Positions 59,054 to 64,000 of a DNA stretch of 64,000 nucleotides are shown piece after piece (the first letter of the stretch is position 1; every line of letters starts with the position of its first letter). A program made the position numbers and the translations under genes. Under the pieces are notes generated by a model. That model was not told where the DNA came from. It ran no database searches and saw only the letters and a program-made list of their open reading frames with translations. The stretch is from Sulfurimonas sp. (GTDB lineage Bacteria; Campylobacterota; Campylobacteria; Campylobacterales; Sulfurimonadaceae), in NCBI GenBank assembly GCA_047633475.1, contig JBLIEY010000001.1, positions 2,257-66,256 of the forward strand, in the 5' to 3' direction.

Positions 59054-59713
59054 ATGAAGAATTTTTTGGAAATTGTTGAAGAAATCAAGAGTATAGTATC
59101 TTCTGAATTTAACGCTAGAAAAATATTTGATAAAGATGTAGCAGATATTTTGGGTGTATCGCAAATGAATTTTGCAACTATGAAAAAAAGAAATAAAGTT
59201 CCTTTCGGAGAACTTATGGATTTTTGTGCTGCAAGAAGCATCTCTATTAATTGGATGCTTTATGGACAATCCCCTGAAAGTCTTGTAGAAGCTACAAATA
59301 AATTTTATATGGTTAAATACTTTAGCGATGTTAATGCGTCTGCTGGTGGTGGAACAGATGAACAGTGTGAAGAAATCGAAGAATTTGAACTTCCCCAACA
59401 GTTTGTTTTTATGCTTGGTGGTGAGAGTGAAATGAAAAATATAGAAGCAATCAATGTTTCAGGTGATTCTATGGAACCGACTTTTAGTTATAATGATATA
59501 GTTTTTATAAATAGAGCAAAAACTGACCTTCAAAGAGGTGGAATTTTTACTATCAGAACAGAAGCTGGACTCTTTATTAAGCGTGTTCAAAAAAGAATAG
59601 ATGGAAAAATAGATATAATATCTGACAATCAAGTGTACTCTACACAAACTCTTAACCCTAACGAAATAGAAGTTATTGGTAGAGTAGTTAGTAGATTTGG
59701 TGAGGTAGATTAA
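59054..59713 (+). CDS. CI/LexA-like HTH + peptidase S24 transcriptional repressor
   Basis: Phage-CI-type HTH (DKDVADILGVSQMNFATMKKRNKVP), ASAGGG cleavage-site region, GDSMEP catalytic Ser, IKRV catalytic Lys. Confidence 0.88.
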   Translation: MKNFLEIVEEIKSIVSSEFNARKIFDKDVADILGVSQMNFATMKKRNKVPFGELMDFCAARSISINWMLYGQSPESLVEATNKFYMVKYFSDVNASAGGGTDEQCEEIEEFELPQQFVFMLGGESEMKNIEAINVSGDSMEPTFSYNDIVFINRAKTDLQRGGIFTIRTEAGLFIKRVQKRIDGKIDIISDNQVYSTQTLNPNEIEVIGRVVSRFGEVD

Positions 59714-59729
59714 AATAGGAAAATACATT

Positions 59730-61052
59730 TTGAGATATATTTTATTAGTAGCAGCTGCTTTCATCTTTATTGCATGCTCTTCTAAAGCACCGGTTTCTCT
59801 AAAAAAAGAAGTAAAAATTGTTCAAATACATGATTTAGTTACTATTCCTCAAGATGTAGAATTTTTTACAAATAGATTAGTTTCTAGTTCAAAAACTTAC
59901 GAGATACAAAAAAAATATGAAAAATATTACTTTAATGTATGGAATGATAGCGAACCAAGAGATAGTCTTGAAGATATAAAATGGCCATTTAAGTCTTATA
60001 GAGCTGGTAGTAGTTATGGTGAAAACCTACAGCTATTAAAGCAAAGTTTTTTTGATGAGATGTATCAAAATGCCAATTTTGACAACTATGCAACTTTAAA
60101 TGCTAAAGCAATAACATTAAGACCGGTTAGTATAAGAGCTTTTCCAACTTCAAAACCACTTCTTAGAGACCCTTCAATAGCAGGAGAAGGATTTCCTTTT
60201 GACTATCTTCAAAACACTACAGTTCATTCAAACAAGCCACTATTTGTTTCTCACTATTCTAAAGATAAATCCTGGGCATATGTATTTAGTAGTTTTGCTT
60301 CTGGATGGATAAAAACTAGTGATTTCGTATTTTTAGATAAAAAGTATACAGATGTTTGGCAAAAAGCTCAGCAAATATTTTTCATAAAAGAAAATATTCC
60401 TCTTTATAACACAAAAGGAAATTTTCTTTTTTACTCAAAGATAGGAATGATGTTGGCATTGATATCTGAAGACAATGAATACTTTACTGCATTAGCAATA
60501 TCTTCATATAGAGCTACTGAACCAATGTTTGAAAAAATCAAGATACCAAAAAGTATAGCAACGAAAGATGTATTAAGTTTAAATAAAAATGCTTTAACAA
60601 ATATTATGAGTGAGGTATTTAAAAGCAATTATGGCTGGGGTGGTATCTATGGACAAAGAGACTGTTCATCTACTCTTCGTGATATGTATGCACCATTTGG
60701 TATTTGGTTACCTAGAAATTCATCACAGCAGGCTAAAGTAGGTAAAGTATTCAAATTAAAAAATCTTAGTGATGAAGAAAAGATAGCTCTTATAAAAGAG
60801 AAGGCAGTTCCTTTCCAAACTCTTTTATATAAAAAGGGGCATATAGTTCTTTATGTAGGAACACTTAACGATGAAATAGTTATTTTTCATAATACATGGG
60901 GAATAAAAACAAATGAGGATATGGTAGAGGGTAGATTTATAGTCGGAAGAACTGTGTTTAGTACTTTAAGACTAGGAAAGAATCTTGAAGACTATGATGA
61001 AGAAGCTGAAATACTTAAAAATTTAGAAAGTATGAATATTTTAACTCAATAG
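59730..61052 (+). CDS. NlpC/P60 peptidoglycan endopeptidase lipoprotein with SH3-like domains
   Basis: Lipobox-like FIFIAC; YGWGG...RDCSS catalytic Cys, WLPRNS and GHIVLY catalytic His. Confidence 0.88.
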   Translation: MRYILLVAAAFIFIACSSKAPVSLKKEVKIVQIHDLVTIPQDVEFFTNRLVSSSKTYEIQKKYEKYYFNVWNDSEPRDSLEDIKWPFKSYRAGSSYGENLQLLKQSFFDEMYQNANFDNYATLNAKAITLRPVSIRAFPTSKPLLRDPSIAGEGFPFDYLQNTTVHSNKPLFVSHYSKDKSWAYVFSSFASGWIKTSDFVFLDKKYTDVWQKAQQIFFIKENIPLYNTKGNFLFYSKIGMMLALISEDNEYFTALAISSYRATEPMFEKIKIPKSIATKDVLSLNKNALTNIMSEVFKSNYGWGGIYGQRDCSSTLRDMYAPFGIWLPRNSSQQAKVGKVFKLKNLSDEEKIALIKEKAVPFQTLLYKKGHIVLYVGTLNDEIVIFHNTWGIKTNEDMVEGRFIVGRTVFSTLRLGKNLEDYDEEAEILKNLESMNILTQ

Positions 61053-61078
61053 TTAAACTTTTATATTTAAAAGCAGAC

Positions 61079-61110
61079 CTAGCATCTGAAGATTTACCCT
61101 CAGATGCTAG
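61079..61110. terminator. Long hairpin between convergent NlpC/P60 and dapD genes
   Basis: CTAGCATCTGA (61079-89) pairs with TCAGATGCTAG (61100-10). Confidence 0.65.
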
Positions 61111-61117
61111 TTGATAA

Positions 61118-62317
61118 TTAGTGTAAATCAGTGTTAAGTTTAATCTCTCTAGTTGAGCGAGAAACTGTGAACTGACCAGTCAAAGAGTTTTGTCTAAAGT
61201 GAAGACCATTCAATCCGGCTAAGTCTTTAGCTTTAAAGATTTCTCCCTCCATATTTAAATGCTTATTTGCATCTTGAATTTTAGGAAGTTCTTTAGGTTG
61301 AATCCCAACTTTTGTTCCTTCTAAGATTGCTAAACCAGCATCTATTATACAACCGTCACCAAGAGGTATTCCACAAGTTGAGTTTGCTCCAAGAAGAGTA
61401 TTTTTACCTATAGATATTGGATTTCCATCAGTTCCACTTAGAACACCAAGAATAGAAGCACCTCCTCCTACATCAGAACCCGCGCCAACTATAGCAGAAC
61501 TTGATATACGACCTTCAACCATAACTGACCCAGTTGTCCCAGCATTAAAGTTAACATATGAAGCACCAGGCATAACAGTAGTTCCAGCAGCTAACTGAGC
61601 ACCAAATCTCACTTTTGAAGTCTCAAGAATTCTAGTGTTGTCTTGTGGAATGATGTGTTGTAAAAATCTTGGAAATTTGTCTACAAAATCAATATGTGGA
61701 TAATCATTTGCAAGTTTTAATTCTATTTCAAATTCTCTAAGGTATTCAAGTTCAATAGGCTGACCATTTGACCAAGCAACATTAGGAAGCGCACCAAATG
61801 CACCATTTAGGTTGATTTCTCTAAGAGCTACTTTTGCTTGACTTAAAGCATATAGTTTTAAGTAAGTTGCTTCAACACTTTTAAGATCTTCGTCTTCAAA
61901 GATAAATGTTACTTTAAATTCACCCTCAAGAGATCCACTATTCATGATTTGGTTATAAAGAGCTGATACAACTTGAATGTTTTTATGTGCATCACCAAAA
62001 GCTTCATCTGCATAAGGTGTAAATGCATTTAAACAACTTCTTAAAAATTCTGCGTTAATGTCACAAACAACTTCACTTTCGTTGAAATCAACTTCTGTTC
62101 CTTGATCTGCTAATGCTTTAATGAAAACGGCAGCACTACCAAAGTTCTCATTCCAATTAATAAGTGGATAAGTTGCCTGAAGCGATTTCTCAACGTTTAA
62201 CTGACCTAAATCAACTCTACAAATACCAAAAGCTAAAGGATTTTTGTATCCAGTAGTTGATGATTTTATATTTTCTATTAGTGCTTTAAAAGCATCTGCT
62301 GTATGTATAATTTCCAT
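61118..62317 (-). CDS. dapD: Tetrahydrodipicolinate N-succinyltransferase (Campylobacterota/actinobacterial type)
   Basis: VDKFPRFL, GTTVMPGASYVNFNAGT, VEGRISS, GILSGT-like GVLSGT and LHFRQNS motifs. Confidence 0.92.
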   Translation of the reverse strand: MEIIHTADAFKALIENIKSSTTGYKNPLAFGICRVDLGQLNVEKSLQATYPLINWNENFGSAAVFIKALADQGTEVDFNESEVVCDINAEFLRSCLNAFTPYADEAFGDAHKNIQVVSALYNQIMNSGSLEGEFKVTFIFEDEDLKSVEATYLKLYALSQAKVALREINLNGAFGALPNVAWSNGQPIELEYLREFEIELKLANDYPHIDFVDKFPRFLQHIIPQDNTRILETSKVRFGAQLAAGTTVMPGASYVNFNAGTTGSVMVEGRISSSAIVGAGSDVGGGASILGVLSGTDGNPISIGKNTLLGANSTCGIPLGDGCIIDAGLAILEGTKVGIQPKELPKIQDANKHLNMEGEIFKAKDLAGLNGLHFRQNSLTGQFTVSRSTREIKLNTDLH

Positions 62318-62437
62318 GAATTCTCGCTTAATAATTTGTTAGTCGCATTATACTTAAAAACTACTAACATAATTTTATATATAATATTAGTTAAATATTT
62401 TAATTAGTATAAAATTTATGAAAAAAAAGAGATAATT

Positions 62438-62899
62438 ATGAGTACTTGGTCAGAATTTTTAAAAGATAATGATTTTTTAAGTGTTAAAAAAATGATTAAA
62501 GATGGGGCAGATGTTAATGAAACAAATGAAAGTGGTGAATCTGTCCTTGCACGTGCGATGAAAAGTAGATGTGATATAGATTTAGTTATGTTGCTTGTTG
62601 AAAGCGGTGCTGATATATATGACTTTGATGATGAAGGTGTGAGTGTCTTTGATATGGCTGTTACGTACAATATGATTGAAATGGTTGAATATATGATTGA
62701 GCAGGGAATAGATGTGAACTTTACAAGAAGAAGAAGTAGATTTACCCCTTTGATGGCTGCAGCATCTTATGGAAGAGTTGAGATAGCAAGATTACTGATA
62801 GAAAATGGAGCAGATAAAGACATGACTGATGAAAAGGGTTTTAGTGCTACAGATTTTGCCAGAAAAATGAATAAAAAAAGCGTTTTAACAGTTTTGTGA
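62438..62899 (+). CDS. Ankyrin-repeat protein
   Basis: Repeated GADVN/GADIY/GIDVN/GADKD units and TPLMAAASYG. Confidence 0.9.
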   Translation: MSTWSEFLKDNDFLSVKKMIKDGADVNETNESGESVLARAMKSRCDIDLVMLLVESGADIYDFDDEGVSVFDMAVTYNMIEMVEYMIEQGIDVNFTRRRSRFTPLMAAASYGRVEIARLLIENGADKDMTDEKGFSATDFARKMNKKSVLTVL

Positions 62900-62954
62900 T
62901 TCGATTTATATATCCCTGTAAACAAGGAGAATACTAAATAATATTAAAATATTA

Positions 62955-63146
62955 CTAGTGAAAAAATTTACCTTGTTTATCATTGTCTAGAGGTTTTCTT
63001 TTTTCTTTAGCTAACCATTCCTGAAGCAAAGATTCTACAACTTTACTTAAACTCATTTTGTATCTACTTCTTGAGAATTTCATAGCTTCATCCCAAGTAT
63101 TTCTATCTATCAGAAGACTTCTTGTTATTTCATCTTTAGGTTTCAT
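62955..63146 (-). CDS. Ribbon-helix-helix (CopG/Arc/MetJ-like) DNA-binding protein
   Basis: ITRSLLID beta-strand, helix, then MSLSKVVESLLQEWL second helix; AAGGA RBS. The fold call is by pattern only. Confidence 0.7.
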   Translation of the reverse strand: MKPKDEITRSLLIDRNTWDEAMKFSRSRYKMSLSKVVESLLQEWLAKEKRKPLDNDKQGKFFH

Positions 63147-63156
63147 GATTGTTCCT

Positions 63157-63183
63157 TACTATATAGTAAACTATATAGTACCA
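63157..63183 (-). promoter_or_regulatory. Tandem palindromic operator overlapping a putative extended -10 of the RHH gene
   Basis: ACTATATAGT palindrome at 63158-67 and 63170-79 (12-bp period). The minus strand reads TGGTACTAT at 63183-63175. Confidence 0.6.
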
Positions 63184-63253
63184 AGTTCTTACCTTTTGAG
63201 ACCTTAAGAATAATTTTGTATAATTTAAAATGAAATTAAAATAAAGATTTAAC

Positions 63254-64000
63254 ATGAACTCAAGTGTATATATAGCAAGACAACCAATCTTAGATAAGCA
63301 TAACAATTTGTTTGCTTATGAATTACTATACAGAGATTCTAATAAAAGTTCAAATATAAAAAATGATAGACATGCTACAGTAACTGTTTTAAGTAATGTA
63401 TTAAACAAGTTTGGTGTAAAAAACCTATTGGGAAATCATAAGGCATTTATAAAAGCAGATAAAAAATTTTTAACTCATGATGTTGTATTTTGCATTCCTA
63501 AGGAACACTTCATCTTTGCATTACAAGCTAATATGCAAATAACAGATGCCCTTCAAGAGAGAATAATCAAACTACACACAATGGGTTATATATTAGCCAT
63601 TAATGATACTGTTTTAAATTCTGAGGTATTAAGTAATTTTTCTAATCTTTTAAAGTATATATCATACATTAAAATAGATATTAATACCCCAGAAGAAAAT
63701 TTAGTTTTACTCAAAGATAGTGATATAAAAGTAATTTACACAAAAGTTGAAACCCATGATATGTATGATAAAGCAGTAAATCTTGATTGTGATTATGTAC
63801 AAGGATACTTTTTTTCAAAACCAAAAATCTTAGAACAAGAAAAATTTGATCCACTCAGCTTAAAAGCTATCAATCTATGTAACTATATAATGAGTACTTC
63901 GGATATAAATGATATAGTTAGTGAATTTGAAAATAATCATGCTATTTCAATACAGCTTTTGAAGTTTATTAATTCTGGTTCATTTCATTTCAGACATAAT
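63254..64000 (+). CDS. EAL + HDOD domain protein (YuxH-like), 3' end outside window
   Basis: MNSSVYIARQPILD...YELLYR, YIKID, VQGYFFSKP, then LLKFINS (HDOD start). The frame is open to the window end, so it is not in the ORF track. Confidence 0.85.
   Translation, partial: MNSSVYIARQPILDKHNNLFAYELLYRDSNKSSNIKNDRHATVTVLSNVLNKFGVKNLLGNHKAFIKADKKFLTHDVVFCIPKEHFIFALQANMQITDALQERIIKLHTMGYILAINDTVLNSEVLSNFSNLLKYISYIKIDINTPEENLVLLKDSDIKVIYTKVETHDMYDKAVNLDCDYVQGYFFSKPKILEQEKFDPLSLKAINLCNYIMSTSDINDIVSEFENNHAISIQLLKFINSGSFHFRHN

Noticed and set aside
38203-61110. Shared TCTGAGG(G)TAAAT core in the hairpins at 38203-38228 and 61079-61110
   Set aside because: The match is short, the stems are otherwise unrelated and the core sits in different positions (arm versus loop). 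I cannot distinguish it from chance without a genome-wide count.
59054-63146. Prophage or integrative element around the S24 repressor, ankyrin and RHH genes
   Set aside because: There is no integrase, structural, replication or att/tRNA signature, and the housekeeping gene dapD lies in the middle.
1-64000. Phase-variable homopolymer tracts or programmed frameshifts
   Set aside because: I saw only A/T runs expected in an AT-rich genome, no long poly-G/C tracts in ORFs, and no broken reading frames in recognisable genes.

Overview
AT-rich, gene-dense chromosomal window from a Campylobacterota (epsilonproteobacterial) bacterium, most like Sulfurimonas. This is inferred from protein style and gene order; no database search was possible. 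Most of it is conserved housekeeping DNA: motA-motB-fliP-trmA; recQ; the aroB-mscS-mtaB-ftsH-like-bioV-mog block; xth; thiL-truD-psd; the ychF/pepA/trpB/apt/rpiB/lepB/folD block; hemL; rpoD; sigma54-driven flgF-flgG; leuD-leuB; purU-trmL; dapD. I found no rRNA, tRNA, CRISPR array, transposase or integrase. Six loci deserve follow-up. (1) An orphan ZorA/ZorB-like (MotA/MotB-fold) membrane pair with a coupled, unannotated 54-aa ORF. (2) A type-E succinate dehydrogenase/fumarate reductase operon (sdhABE) followed by a cysteine-stripped SdhB-SdhE chimeric paralogue. (3) A selenium-metabolism-type island (yedE, TusA/YedF, class-V desulfurase, DUF3343-like) preceded by a tandem-duplicated palindromic element. 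(4) An intact-looking CI/LexA-like S24 repressor divergent from an unannotated 27-aa ORF, outside any prophage. (5) An orphan ribbon-helix-helix gene with tandem palindromes over its own promoter. (6) A GC-rich multi-hairpin REP-like insert. All three c-di-GMP-domain proteins in the window look catalytically degenerate.
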